Shown: positions 26,855 through 37,534 of the stretch, piece after piece
Layout: every line of letters begins with the position of its first letter
How positions within the stretch are numbered: the stretch's first letter is position 1
Origin: Clostridia bacterium
Lineage (GTDB): Bacteria; Bacillota; Clostridia; Oscillospirales; CAG-382
DNA length: 64,000 bases
Assembly: GCA_017620655.1 (NCBI GenBank)
Contig: JAGAUT010000087.1
Location: 2,384-66,383 of the forward strand
Reading direction: 5' to 3'
Position numbers and translations under genes: made by a program
The notes under the pieces: model-generated
Told to the model about the DNA's origin: nothing
Seen by the model: the letters and a program-made list of their open reading frames with translations, nothing else
Database searches by the model: none

Positions 26855-27877
26855 TTAAAGTCTCTGCTGGCGCATTCTGGAAATATTGATTGTTCCTTCG
26901 GGAAGCACCTGAATGTTATCAAGACTTCTGCCCGTTCCGATTGCGACACAGGTTGATGGGTTTTCCGCAATATACGTTCTTATTCCCGTTGCATTTTCAA
27001 TGGCACGGTCAAGACCGTAAAGCAGACTTCCCGCCCCCGTCATGACGATTCCGCCGGAGGAAATATCTCCGACAAGCTCGGGTGGAGTTCTTTCGACAAC
27101 GTGTCTTACCGCCGTTACTATACTGCGTACAATAGGTTCAAGTGCATCCCTTATTTCAGCAGAATTTACCGAAATCATCTTTGGGAGTCCCTCTGTCAGG
27201 CATCTGCCCTTGACTTCAACAATATATTCCTTATCAAGAGGAAGCGCAGCACCAACCGTCTTTTTGATTTCTTCGGCTGTTACCTCTCCGATAAGCACGT
27301 TATACTTATGTCTGATATATTTTATAATTGCTTCGTCCATCTTGTCGCCTGCCATTTTTATAGAATCGCTGACAACAATATCACCGTAGGATATTACGGC
27401 TATATCACTTGTTCCGCCGCCGATGTCCACAATCATGCTACCATTCGGCTTTGATACATCAATGCCTGCACCGATGGCTGCTGCAAGAGGTTCTTCTATA
27501 AGGTATGTCTTTTTCGCTCCGGCACTTGTTGCCGCATCGCAGACCGCCCTTTCTTCAACCTCCGTGATTCCTCCGGGAACACAAATCATAACTCTAGGCT
27601 TGAAAAAGCTGTTTCCGCACACGCGTCTGATAAGATATCGGATCATATGCAAGGTCACGTCATACTGAGAGATAACGCCGTCCTGAAGCGGTCTTACGGC
27701 AAGAATGTTGCCGGGAGCTCTGCCGAGAAGAAGTCTTGCTTCCTTTCCGACCTTCAGGATTTTTCCCGTTTCCTTATCAACCGCCACAACAGACGGTTCC
27801 TCTATGACAATGCCCTTGTCCTTGACATACACAAGCACGTTCGACGTGCCAAGGTCAATTGCAATATCTTTGATCAT
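26855..27877 (-). CDS. mreB: rod shape-determining actin homolog MreB
   Basis: IAIDLGTSN, VDIGGGTSD and GGIVMTGAGSLL motifs of the actin/Hsp70 fold. Confidence 0.9.
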   Translation of the reverse strand: MIKDIAIDLGTSNVLVYVKDKGIVIEEPSVVAVDKETGKILKVGKEARLLLGRAPGNILAVRPLQDGVISQYDVTLHMIRYLIRRVCGNSFFKPRVMICVPGGITEVEERAVCDAATSAGAKKTYLIEEPLAAAIGAGIDVSKPNGSMIVDIGGGTSDIAVISYGDIVVSDSIKMAGDKMDEAIIKYIRHKYNVLIGEVTAEEIKKTVGAALPLDKEYIVEVKGRCLTEGLPKMISVNSAEIRDALEPIVRSIVTAVRHVVERTPPELVGDISSGGIVMTGAGSLLYGLDRAIENATGIRTYIAENPSTCVAIGTGRSLDNIQVLPEGTINISRMRQQRL

Positions 27878-28038
27878 GTGTATTTCTCCTGTTATTTATA
27901 TGGCAAAGTCGCATAGTTGCGCAACCATACAGATTGTATTATACATCATGATTTTTCAAATTGCAACCCCTTTTTAAAAAATCATGAAAAAATCACAAAA
28001 AAGTCATAAAAAAAGCCTCATTTTTATTACATTTTTAT

Positions 28039-28067
28039 TTGACTTATATAATATTATATGTTATAAT
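28039..28067 (+). promoter_or_regulatory. sigma-A type promoter of murI
   Basis: TTGACT 28039-28044, 17-nt spacer, TATAAT 28062-28067. Phased A-tracts lie upstream. Confidence 0.55.
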
Positions 28068-28142
28068 ATATACTGTTAATATATAGTGTCCCGTTTTGAG
28101 GCAACGGCATGTTGACAAATACGATTCAGGTGATGTGTTTTT

Positions 28143-28985
28143 ATGGGCAAAAACAATGCTATAGGAGTATTCGATTCAGGCCTTGGCGGACTCTCAGCCG
28201 TAAGGGTGCTGAAGAAGATTCTCCCCGATGAAAAAATCATATATTTCGGTGACACCGGCAGAGTTCCCTACGGCACACGTTCACCCGAAATAATCACAAA
28301 GTACGCTCTGGATGACATGAATTTCCTGTCGTCCTTCGGTTTAAAGGCAGCCCTCGTTGCCTGCGGAACCGTAAGCTCGGTGGCACTGGGTGCACTGAGA
28401 GAGGCGTTCGACATTCCCATTACGGGCGTGGTTGAAGCTTCGGCAAAAAAAGCATGCGAGATTTCAAAGAACAAACGCATTGCTCTTCTCGCAACTCCCG
28501 CAACCGTTAAGAATGCCGCACATGAAAGATATATTAACGAAAACTTTGACGGATTTTCGGTTATGGGCGTCGGCTGTCCCATGTTTGTTCCCCTTGTGGA
28601 AAACGCATACGTTTCACGCGACTGCAAGGTAACAAGAATGATTGCCGACGAGTATATCTCAAAGCTTTATGATTTTGCACCCGACTGTATAATCCTGGGC
28701 TGCACCCACTATCCCATTATACGTGACATCATCCTTGACAGTGCAAGAAAAATAATCTCGGAGGATATCAGTATTGTGGATTCGGGTGAGGAAGCGGCAC
28801 ATGAAATCAAACGCTTCCTTGAAAGAGAGAATCTTCTGTCTGACGAAAAAGGCGGCTCTGTGGAATACTATGTAAGCGACGAGGTTTACGGATTCTGCGA
28901 ATCGGCTTCCCTGTTTTTGGGAGAAACCATTTCCGACGTCAGAAAAATCGACATTACATCCTATCACTACACAGATAACAATTGA
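28143..28985 (+). CDS. murI: glutamate racemase
   Basis: GVFDSGLGGLS, ACGTVS and GCTHYP (the two catalytic Cys motifs). Confidence 0.9.
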   Translation: MGKNNAIGVFDSGLGGLSAVRVLKKILPDEKIIYFGDTGRVPYGTRSPEIITKYALDDMNFLSSFGLKAALVACGTVSSVALGALREAFDIPITGVVEASAKKACEISKNKRIALLATPATVKNAAHERYINENFDGFSVMGVGCPMFVPLVENAYVSRDCKVTRMIADEYISKLYDFAPDCIILGCTHYPIIRDIILDSARKIISEDISIVDSGEEAAHEIKRFLERENLLSDEKGGSVEYYVSDEVYGFCESASLFLGETISDVRKIDITSYHYTDNN

Positions 28986-28995
28986 GGAAACAGGC

Positions 28996-29658
28996 ATGAA
29001 AATCACACATTTACCGAAAGAGGTTTCCATAAGCATTTGCGGAAAGCACTATTTCGGGTGCGACTATATTTTCGCCAACATCTACGGCAGCAGCGTCTTC
29101 TCGGAAGAAGACAATGTTCAGATGCAGCATGATGACAATCTCGGCGAAATATCAAGGGACCCCGAAAGCGGAGATTTCAGCATGGAAACGCTTGAGGAAT
29201 TTATAAGCTCCGACTCGGGAAACTCGTTGGATCTATCCACCCTGCCCGATGTCAACAAGGAAATTGAATACTCCACCCTCGGAACGCTGCAAAGCGACGG
29301 AAAGGGCGGATTTCTCATCAGATACAGCGGTGATTTCACCCCTATCTGCATACACGCAGAAAACGGCAGGGTCACTCTCAACGGTCAGGATGACGACTTT
29401 GAAGAGCTTGTCTTTGAAAAGGACAAAAGAAACTACATATGTCTTCCCGAATCGCTGTTTCTTGAGGAAAGCACCGAAGAAAACGAGAATCAGTCCCCCA
29501 TCATGCTTTGTCTTACGGCAGAATGTGTGGAGAACAACTTAAAAGAGGACGGCGGCGTGCTTCACGTCAGCTATTCCATTGAAGTAAACGGCATTACTGC
29601 CGAGGTTACCGATTTTGTTCTTACGGCAACCTCAGGCGAGGAAGTGTCTCCCCTATGA
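28996..29658 (+). CDS. hypothetical protein (possibly DUF1934/YwiB-like beta-barrel C-terminal part)
   Basis: RBS GAGGAAACAGGC before the ATG. Acidic, with no TM helix or signal peptide. Its end overlaps the next gene by 4 nt (ATGA). Function not recognised. Confidence 0.45.
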   Translation: MKITHLPKEVSISICGKHYFGCDYIFANIYGSSVFSEEDNVQMQHDDNLGEISRDPESGDFSMETLEEFISSDSGNSLDLSTLPDVNKEIEYSTLGTLQSDGKGGFLIRYSGDFTPICIHAENGRVTLNGQDDDFEELVFEKDKRNYICLPESLFLEESTEENENQSPIMLCLTAECVENNLKEDGGVLHVSYSIEVNGITAEVTDFVLTATSGEEVSPL

Positions 29659-31442
29659 AAGGAAAAGAAATGAAACTCAAAAGAATTTTGGCTGCACTTG
29701 TTGCAGCATCGGCAATCACAACAAACGCATTTGCCTTCACCCCATACGGTCCCGGCAAAGAAGTGCCGGCAGAATCCGAAACGGAGCAAACCGAATCTTC
29801 GGAGGAACAGACACCGTCGGGAGTTATACAAAGCTTTAAACCCAAAGATTATCAGTACAGAATGCTCGAACAGATCCTTGATCTGTACGTCGAAAAGCAT
29901 CTTTACGATTTCACGGAAGAAGAAGTACTTCACAAGTTCTTTGAAGATTTTCTCGCTGACAATCCCATGTATTTTTCCTACATCATGGAATATCTTCTCG
30001 GAACAATGGACCCCTACAGCTCATACTACACAGCTTCATCCGGTTTTCTTGATCCCGGAAGCGAAAGCGTGGGCTTTGGCTTTACAATAAAGGACGGCGA
30101 AAACGGTGTTTACATCGATTCGGTACTCAAAGGCTCAAACGCCGAGGATGCAGGCTTTATGGCAGGAGACAGATTTGTCTCTGTAGCAGGAGTAAATGTT
30201 GAAAATCAAACATTTGATGTCGTTTCAACAATTCTTGCAAAGCCTCAGAACTTCATTGAACCCAAGGCTGAAACCGAAAACAGCGAAACTCAGTCATCCG
30301 AAGAAAACAAAGACGCTTCTCCCGAAGAATCTGCCAATGTACAGAAAAAGAAACACCCTGACGTTGAAATCGTCGTAGACCGTGGCGGAGAAAAGCACAC
30401 CTTCACCCTCTCAAGAGGTCCCATGGTGCTGTCGCAGATATCCACAGCCATTGATGAAAACGACGGAAAGAAAACAGCCGTCATTCAGGTGCTCAGTTTC
30501 CTTGGCGACGACACCGATAAAGAGTTTGTCGAGCTTGTCAAGAAATACGCCGACGACGGAATCAAGCATCTCACAATCGATCTTCGCGACAACGGCGGCG
30601 GTTCCCTTGACTATGCGTTAGCAATGTCCGAGGTCTTCCTCGAAAACGGCGAGCTTATCAGCTATTACATGGACAAGACTCTGGAAAAACCCGAGGCGGT
30701 TTACTCCACAACAGACAAAGTAAGCTTTGACAGTATCACGATTCTTATAAACGAAAACACCGCAAGTGCCGCAGAGCTTTTCACAAGCATTCTTCAGGAC
30801 AAGGGACTTGCAAAGGTGGTCGGCACAAAGTCCTTCGGCAAGAGCCTCGGTCAGGAGGTATATACACTTGCCAACGGCGACCACATCACCATAACAACCT
30901 ATCAGATGCTCAACGAAAGTCTTGAGTCTTATGACGGAATAGGCATCATACCGGACATTGTGATAGAAGATGTTGAAATGTGCTACACGCTTCCCCGGCT
31001 TGGCATATTCAACCATCAGAACTATGTTGAAATCAAAGAGGGACAGTACAGCGAAGTCACAAAGGCACTTGAAGACAGAATGAACGTCATGGGTATTCTC
31101 AGAGAAGAATTCTGCGACGGCATCTTTGATAACAAAACAAAAACCGCCCTGTCTGTTTTCCAAAAGGATCACGGAATAACTTCCGGCGGTGTTGTTGATT
31201 ACGAAACAGTATCGCTCATCACAAAAATAATAAACTCCTACAAGCCCCACACATACTACGACAACACTCAGTATGATGTGGCAATGATTATCCACCACTC
31301 CTTCTCACAGGGCAAGCGTCTTGCAAAGGAAAAGGAAAGGCTCAGAGAAGAGCAAGCGGAAATGATTGCGGAAAGAGACGCACGTCTCGACGCAGAGGCA
31401 GATGCAAAAGCCGAGGCTCAGAAAGCACAGGCAAACGGTTAA
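29655..31442 (+). CDS. S41 family C-terminal processing peptidase with PDZ and peptidoglycan-binding domains
   Basis: Signal peptide (AALVAASAITTNAFA), a PDZ region (GSNAEDAGFMAGDRFVSVAG), the S41 core (DLRDNGGGS, NENTASAAE) and a PG_binding_1-like segment (TKTALSVFQKDHGIT). Confidence 0.85.
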   Translation: MKGKEMKLKRILAALVAASAITTNAFAFTPYGPGKEVPAESETEQTESSEEQTPSGVIQSFKPKDYQYRMLEQILDLYVEKHLYDFTEEEVLHKFFEDFLADNPMYFSYIMEYLLGTMDPYSSYYTASSGFLDPGSESVGFGFTIKDGENGVYIDSVLKGSNAEDAGFMAGDRFVSVAGVNVENQTFDVVSTILAKPQNFIEPKAETENSETQSSEENKDASPEESANVQKKKHPDVEIVVDRGGEKHTFTLSRGPMVLSQISTAIDENDGKKTAVIQVLSFLGDDTDKEFVELVKKYADDGIKHLTIDLRDNGGGSLDYALAMSEVFLENGELISYYMDKTLEKPEAVYSTTDKVSFDSITILINENTASAAELFTSILQDKGLAKVVGTKSFGKSLGQEVYTLANGDHITITTYQMLNESLESYDGIGIIPDIVIEDVEMCYTLPRLGIFNHQNYVEIKEGQYSEVTKALEDRMNVMGILREEFCDGIFDNKTKTALSVFQKDHGITSGGVVDYETVSLITKIINSYKPHTYYDNTQYDVAMIIHHSFSQGKRLAKEKERLREEQAEMIAERDARLDAEADAKAEAQKAQANG

Positions 31443-31517
31443 ATAAAACATACAAAATATTTTGCGTAAGGTTTACCTTCGTCAAGAACACAAAATACTT
31501 TGGAGGAATTTCGAAAA

Positions 31518-34061
31518 ATGGACGAAAGATTTGAAGGTCAGAATATAACAGCAGTTGAAATCTCGGCAGAGGTTAAAAAGTCATTTATAGATTATGCAAT
31601 GTCGGTTATTGTTGACAGAGCACTTCCCGATGTAAGAGACGGCTTAAAGCCTGTACACAGACGTATTCTCTACGCCATGTACGATGACGGTCTTACACAT
31701 TCAAAGCCGTTCAGAAAATCGGCAACCACCGTCGGTAACGTACTGGGTCACTATCACCCTCACGGTGATGCTGCTGTTTACAATGCAATGGTAAGACTTG
31801 CACAGCCCTTCTCTTTAAGATACCCTCTCGTTGAAGGTCAGGGTAACTTCGGTAACATAGACGGTGACGGTGCGGCTGCTTACCGTTACACAGAAGCGAG
31901 ACTTGCAAGAATGGCAGACGAAATGCTTGCCGACATCGACAAGGACGTTGTTGACTTTATACCAAACTTTGACAACAAGGCTCTCGAGCCTACCGTTCTT
32001 CCGTCGCGTTTTCCCAACCTTTTAGTCAACGGTTCCGTGGGTATTGCTGTAGGTATGGCTACAAACATTCCTCCTCACAATCTAAACGAGGTAATTGACG
32101 GTGCTATTCACCTTATGTACAATCCCGAAGCAACAGTTGTTGACCTTATGCAGTTCATCAAGGGTCCTGACTTCCCCACATATGCCACAATCCACGGCAC
32201 AAGCGGTATCTATCAGGCTTACATGACGGGCAAAGGCAGAGTTGTTGTGCGTGCAAAAGCCGACTTTGAAGAAGAAAGAAACGGCAAGACAAGTATCATC
32301 ATCACGGAAATCCCCTATCAGGTAAACAAATCCATGCTTGTTGCAAGCATTGCAGACTTAGTTAAGGACAAGCGTGTTGACGGCATTACTGCGATCCGCG
32401 ACGAATCAGGCAGAGCAGGTATGAGAATTGTTATTGAGCTTCGCCGTGACGTCAATCCCCAGATTATGCTCAACCAGCTCTATTCTCTCACACAGCTTCA
32501 GGATACATTTGCTATAAATATGCTCGCACTTGTAGGCGGTGAACCCAGAGTATTAAATCTCAAGCAGATGCTCCGCCACTACATCGACCACCAGAGAGAA
32601 GTAGTTGAAAGAAGAATCAGATTCAATCTTGACAAGGCAAGAAAGAGAGCACACATTTTAGAAGGTCTCAAAATTGCCATTGACAACATTGACGAAGTAA
32701 TCAAGATTATCCGTTTCACACCCGGCGGTATTCCCGAAGTCAAGGAAAAGTTAATCGAAAGATTTGACCTTACCGAAATCCAGGCTACCGAAATCGTGCA
32801 GATGCCTCTCGGTCGTCTGTCAGGTCTTGAAATAGACAAGATTCTTGCAGAACTCGATGCTATCCATGCAAAGATCAAGGAACTTACAGAAATCCTTGAG
32901 AGCGAAACAGGCGTTATTGACATTGTTCGTGACGAAATGCTTGAAATCAAGAGAAAGTTCGGCGACGAAAGAAGAACGGCTATTGAAGAAGTAGAAAACG
33001 AAATTCTTATTGAAGACCTTATCGAAAGAAAAGACTGCGTTGTTACAATCAGCCACGCAGGTTACATCAAGAGACTTCCCGTAGATGAATACAATGCACA
33101 GAGACGAGGCGGCAGGGGTATCACTACAATGAAGACAAAAGAAGAAGACTTTGTTCAGAGTGTTATCATTGCCAATACTCATAACTATCTCATGCTCTTT
33201 ACAAACAAGGGCAGAGTGTTCATGAAGAAGTGCTATGAAATTCCCGAGGCTTCAAAGAATGCCAAGGGTACAAACCTTGTAAACATCATTGAACTTCAGA
33301 ACGGCGAAGCAGTTACTGCTTACCTTTCCATTGAAGACTTCAAGGCTTGTCCCTATCTTACAATGATTACCAAGAACGGTATCATAAAGCGTACACTTCT
33401 TGAAAGCTACAAAAATATCAGAAGAAGCGGTCTTATTGCCATAAATCTTGACGAAGGCGATGAACTTTTACACGTACTCAGAACCGACGGCAACAGCGAC
33501 GTTCTTCTTGCAACACACAAGGGCTTTGCAGTACACTTTGACGAAACAAGTGCTCGAACTCTTGGCAGAACTGCCCGCGGTGTTAAGGCGATAAACCTTT
33601 CCGAAGGCGACCTTGTTGTAGGTGCTGTAGCACTTAATAAGGACGACGAAAGACACATCCTCTTTATTTCCGAGAGCGGTTACGGTAAGAGAAGCCGCAT
33701 TTCCGACTTCCCGATTCACAACCGCGGCGGTAAGGGTGTAACCTGTCACAAGACAAGCGACAAACTCGGTATGCTTGCAGGTATACAGGCAGTTTCCGAA
33801 GACGACGACGTAATGCTTATTACCAATACAGGTATGATTATCAGAACAAGAGTATCCGAAATCAGCGTATACTCGAGAACTGCAGCCGGCGTTCGTGTTA
33901 TGAGAATTGGCGAAGATATGAAGATTGTTTCCTTTACCCGTGTTGACAAGCAGGAAGAAGCTCCGGAAGCCGAAGAAAACGTACAAGCAGAAGGTGTGGA
34001 AGGTTCTGAGACTGTTGAAGCTGTAGCAGAAAATACTGAAAGCACAGAAGTACAGGAATAA
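31518..34061 (+). CDS. gyrA: DNA gyrase subunit A
   Basis: DGLKPVHRR, the active-site region [11 protein letters not shown] and GyrA-box QRRGGRG in the C-terminal beta-pinwheel, with an acidic tail. The ATG at 31518 follows GGAGGA; the track start at 31500 is a TTG. Confidence 0.9.
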   Translation: MDERFEGQNITAVEISAEVKKSFIDYAMSVIVDRALPDVRDGLKPVHRRILYAMYDDGLTHSKPFRKSATTVGNVLGHYHPHGDAAVYNAMVRLAQPFSLRYPLVEGQGNFGNIDGDGAAAYRYTEARLARMADEMLADIDKDVVDFIPNFDNKALEPTVLPSRFPNLLVNGSVGIAVGMATNIPPHNLNEVIDGAIHLMYNPEATVVDLMQFIKGPDFPTYATIHGTSGIYQAYMTGKGRVVVRAKADFEEERNGKTSIIITEIPYQVNKSMLVASIADLVKDKRVDGITAIRDESGRAGMRIVIELRRDVNPQIMLNQLYSLTQLQDTFAINMLALVGGEPRVLNLKQMLRHYIDHQREVVERRIRFNLDKARKRAHILEGLKIAIDNIDEVIKIIRFTPGGIPEVKEKLIERFDLTEIQATEIVQMPLGRLSGLEIDKILAELDAIHAKIKELTEILESETGVIDIVRDEMLEIKRKFGDERRTAIEEVENEILIEDLIERKDCVVTISHAGYIKRLPVDEYNAQRRGGRGITTMKTKEEDFVQSVIIANTHNYLMLFTNKGRVFMKKCYEIPEASKNAKGTNLVNIIELQNGEAVTAYLSIEDFKACPYLTMITKNGIIKRTLLESYKNIRRSGLIAINLDEGDELLHVLRTDGNSDVLLATHKGFAVHFDETSARTLGRTARGVKAINLSEGDLVVGAVALNKDDERHILFISESGYGKRSRISDFPIHNRGGKGVTCHKTSDKLGMLAGIQAVSEDDDVMLITNTGMIIRTRVSEISVYSRTAAGVRVMRIGEDMKIVSFTRVDKQEEAPEAEENVQAEGVEGSETVEAVAENTESTEVQE

Positions 34062-34064
34062 TAT

Positions 34065-34559
34065 ATGAAGCTCTACTTTTATGACAAAACATGCGGTCAC
34101 AAAAGAGAACAAACAGATATGATGATAAGGGAATCCCTGAAAGAGTACATTTCGGGGCATTCCCTTGCCCCATATGACGGAGAAATTCTACGAACTGAAC
34201 CTGGAAAGCCTTATATCGACTATCCGCTTTATATCGGTGTTACTCACACGGATGATATTGTGATAATCGGCATTGACAAAGACGCGTTCGGCATTGATGC
34301 GGAAAAGAAAAGCAGAAAAATGCCAAGGCGAGACAGTGTGGCGAAAAGATTTTTCACGGCAAGCGAATGTGCTTTGATTGAAAAAGCTGAAGATAAAGAC
34401 GAGGCATTTCTTGACATATGGGTAAAAAAAGAAGCCTATGTGAAGTTTACGGGCATGGGTCTTTCGGGTATGAAAGACTGCGACGTGACGACACTTTCGG
34501 GCTTTGAAAAGATAGAAAACGACAGGGATTTAATAATATATATCTACAAGGAAAAATAA
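34065..34559 (+). CDS. 4'-phosphopantetheinyl transferase superfamily protein (short Sfp-type)
   Basis: GKPY, GVTHTD (an FNxSHS-like position), GIDAE and WVKKEAYVKFTGMG (W..KEA..K motif). Confidence 0.65.
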   Translation: MKLYFYDKTCGHKREQTDMMIRESLKEYISGHSLAPYDGEILRTEPGKPYIDYPLYIGVTHTDDIVIIGIDKDAFGIDAEKKSRKMPRRDSVAKRFFTASECALIEKAEDKDEAFLDIWVKKEAYVKFTGMGLSGMKDCDVTTLSGFEKIENDRDLIIYIYKEK

Positions 34560-34560
34560 T

Positions 34561-35655
34561 ATGAGTGAAAATTTAATTTACGGTGCTAATATCACTGACT
34601 ACGGTGCGGTGGCTGACGGCAAGACGGATTGCAGGGATGCATTTATCAAAGCGATCGAAAACGGTGAGAGCCTTATAGTTGTGCCTTACGGTAAATATAT
34701 TATAAAAAAGACAATCAAACTGAATTCCAACACAAAAATACATCTTCATCCCAATGCACACATCATTTTCGACCATGAAAGCGATGAAAATGCACCACTC
34801 TTTTACGCAGAAGATGCAAGTTCTGTTGAAATCTGCGGAGGAAAGCTGGTAATACAAGACACAAGTGAAAAAAGAGTAGACAAAATGCTACACTTCAAAA
34901 ACACAAGCTGTATCAGAATCAGAAATTGCGATATGAGTATGTTTGAATCAAATGCTGTTATACTCGATTCATGTGAAGATGTGCGTATTTCAAATTGTGT
35001 AATAAAAAGCTATTCTTTTGCCATTAGTCTTACAGGCGAATGTGATGACATTACCGTAAAAAATTCAGAAGTGTCTACCGCGGTTTTCCTCAATATTGGA
35101 GATAACGATAAAAAAGGAAACATTTCACAACTTAACATTAGAAACATTACACTTAAAAATCCTCTGCATTTTATTAATTTCTTTAACGGAACAGCAAGAA
35201 ATGTGAGATGCGAAAATATTGAGGGAAAAATCGGTTTTTCTTTTGTTTCGGTTAACGATGGTTTTAACATGGAAGATGCCGACTTTGAAAACATAGATAT
35301 TCACTCGGTTTCCCACTTTAACGGCGGATCTAATATCGCTTATTTCAATTTCAGGGGCAGCATCGACGGACTTGAAATTACCGGTTTCAAGCGTAACACC
35401 GAATGTGAAGCCGTCCCCTTTGTCCCCACCCTTATTTTCATGGCAAGTGACGACAGCAAAGTAATCATTGACGGCATGATGTTGGATAATGTCATAAACG
35501 CAAGAGCATTATCAAAGACGGTTGACATGACAACGGCACGTCTTACAAATCCGACAAACAAGTTTATTTATACACTTGAATGTGGAATAAAGAAAAATGA
35601 TACACTCACAATCCCTCTCGGCGATTTTGATAATTTGACAATATACAAGAGGTAA
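34561..35655 (+). CDS. right-handed parallel beta-helix (pectate-lyase-3/GH28-like) protein, cytoplasmic
   Basis: N-terminal NITDYGAVADGKTDCRDAFIKAI, typical of the Pectate_lyase_3 family, and repetitive I/V-x-N coils. No signal peptide. Confidence 0.6.
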   Translation: MSENLIYGANITDYGAVADGKTDCRDAFIKAIENGESLIVVPYGKYIIKKTIKLNSNTKIHLHPNAHIIFDHESDENAPLFYAEDASSVEICGGKLVIQDTSEKRVDKMLHFKNTSCIRIRNCDMSMFESNAVILDSCEDVRISNCVIKSYSFAISLTGECDDITVKNSEVSTAVFLNIGDNDKKGNISQLNIRNITLKNPLHFINFFNGTARNVRCENIEGKIGFSFVSVNDGFNMEDADFENIDIHSVSHFNGGSNIAYFNFRGSIDGLEITGFKRNTECEAVPFVPTLIFMASDDSKVIIDGMMLDNVINARALSKTVDMTTARLTNPTNKFIYTLECGIKKNDTLTIPLGDFDNLTIYKR

Positions 35656-35660
35656 TTACA

Positions 35661-36623
35661 ATGACAAAAAATCTTATGTGGTGCTATCTTGCACATCTCG
35701 GCTATAATATGTGGGCAGACATGGATGCTGCTGACATATTTGAAGGTACAGGCAGTCATGACATTGCTACAGACTACCTTCAGTTTGAAAGAGAAACATG
35801 GAACAAGGTTTCAGACAAGCTCGCAAAAGGCGGCTGCAACACAATCGTACTTGACATCGGCGAAGGTATAGTTCTCGATTCACACCCGGAAATTGCCGTT
35901 AAAGGCTCATGGACAAAGAAAGAGGTTGCAGACGAGCTTTCTCGTCTTCGCTCTCTCGGGTTTGAAGTAATACCCAAGCTCAACTTCTCATCAAGCCACG
36001 ACGAATGGATGGGCAAGTATTCGAGAATGTTGTCTACGTCCGAATATTACAAGTTCTGCGACGATGTGATTGATGAAATATGCGAATTATTTGGAAATCC
36101 CAGACTTTTCCATCTCGGTATGGACGAAGAAGTAGCATCGGTTCAGGGCGGTTATACCTACACGGTTATCCGTGAAGGCAAGCTTTACTGGCACGACCAG
36201 AACAGACTTTTTAAGCGTGTTGAAAAGAACGGCTCACGTCCGTGGATATGGGCAGACTACATCTGGCACACAAAAAAGAGAGAAAAGATGTTCCTTGAGA
36301 ACATGACAAAGGATGCTCTTTGCAGTATCTGGTACTACAGAGATTTCAAGGTACTTAATGACTGGCACGACGACTGCTGGAATGCGTACGAGCTTCTCGA
36401 AAAGCACGGCTTTGACCAATTACCTGCCGGAAGCAATGTCGTAATGCATGAAAACCTTGATCATATTGTAAATCATACAAAGAAAACCATTTCCCCCGAA
36501 CATCTCGAAGGCTTTATGATAACGACATGGAAAGCCATGAGAAAAGAGAATGAAGCGAAGGTGCTTGAAACAGCCGACATTATAAATGAAGTTGCTGAAA
36601 AGTACAAGGGCGGTATCTATTAA
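35661..36623 (+). CDS. hypothetical TIM-barrel glycosidase-like protein
   Basis: FHLGMDEE resembles the H-x-G-x-D-E catalytic block of GH20-like enzymes. Otherwise unassigned. Confidence 0.45.
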   Translation: MTKNLMWCYLAHLGYNMWADMDAADIFEGTGSHDIATDYLQFERETWNKVSDKLAKGGCNTIVLDIGEGIVLDSHPEIAVKGSWTKKEVADELSRLRSLGFEVIPKLNFSSSHDEWMGKYSRMLSTSEYYKFCDDVIDEICELFGNPRLFHLGMDEEVASVQGGYTYTVIREGKLYWHDQNRLFKRVEKNGSRPWIWADYIWHTKKREKMFLENMTKDALCSIWYYRDFKVLNDWHDDCWNAYELLEKHGFDQLPAGSNVVMHENLDHIVNHTKKTISPEHLEGFMITTWKAMRKENEAKVLETADIINEVAEKYKGGIY

Positions 36624-36641
36624 TCCCCGAAAGGACAAAAT

Positions 36642-37517
36642 ATGTGGTACACAAAAGACTTTGACGATTACGAGCTTTTAGACTGCTCCGACGGTGAGCG
36701 TCTTGAAAGATGGAAGGACATAATTCTAGTCCGTCCCGACCCCCAGGTTATATGGAAAAATGCTAAACGCCATCCTGCCTGGAAAAAATACAACGCAAGA
36801 TACATTCGCTCATCAAAGGGCGGCGGAGCCTGGGACATAAAGAATCTTTCGGGCGACGAACTTAACGTCGGCTGGAATATAAACAGAAACGGTCTTACCT
36901 TCTGCGTACGTCCCACAGGCTTCAAGCACACAGGTGTTTTCCCCGAGCAGGCTTGTAACTGGGATTTTATCGACAGTAAAATAAGAAATGCAGGACGTCC
37001 CATTAGCGTACTCAATCTTTTTGGCTACACAGGCATTGCAACCATTGCTGCAGCAAAAGCAGGGGCTTCTGTATGCCATGTTGATGCGTCAAAGGGAATT
37101 GTGGCATGGTGCAAGGAAAACGCAGCTCTGTCGGGTCTCAAGGATGCACCCATACGCTACATCGTTGACGACTGCAAAAAGTTTATTGAACGTGAAATAA
37201 GACGCGGGCACAAGTACGATGCCATCATCATGGACCCGCCCAGCTACGGCAGAGGTCCCGGCGGTGAAATATGGAAGCTTGAAGACGACGTTGACAATCT
37301 TATTGCTCTCACGTCGGAGCTCATTTCCGACAATCCCTTATTTGTTATCATCAATTCCTACACAACAGGTCTTTCGGCTTCAACTGTAGGATATATAGCA
37401 AAGCTTCACTATGCCGACAAATTCGGCGGAACTGTAACAAGTGACGAAATCGGCATTCCCGTAACAACCACAGGTGCTGTTCTTCCTGCAGGAAGCAGTA
37501 CAAGGTGGGAAAAGTAA
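36642..37517 (+). CDS. class I SAM-dependent (RlmI/RlmK-like) RNA methyltransferase
   Basis: LNLFGYTGIATIAAAKAG (motif I), DASKG and IIMDPPSYGRG (motif IV, DPP-type). Confidence 0.75.
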   Translation: MWYTKDFDDYELLDCSDGERLERWKDIILVRPDPQVIWKNAKRHPAWKKYNARYIRSSKGGGAWDIKNLSGDELNVGWNINRNGLTFCVRPTGFKHTGVFPEQACNWDFIDSKIRNAGRPISVLNLFGYTGIATIAAAKAGASVCHVDASKGIVAWCKENAALSGLKDAPIRYIVDDCKKFIEREIRRGHKYDAIIMDPPSYGRGPGGEIWKLEDDVDNLIALTSELISDNPLFVIINSYTTGLSASTVGYIAKLHYADKFGGTVTSDEIGIPVTTTGAVLPAGSSTRWEK

Positions 37518-37534
37518 CAGACAGGAGGTACAAC

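Noticed and set aside
31518-34061. Possibility that this is parC (topoisomerase IV) rather than gyrA, since no gyrB is adjacent.
   Set aside because: A GyrA-box (QRRGGRG) is present in the first blade of the C-terminal domain along with an acidic tail. Both are characteristic of GyrA. The absence of gyrB next door is noted but not considered anomalous enough to report.
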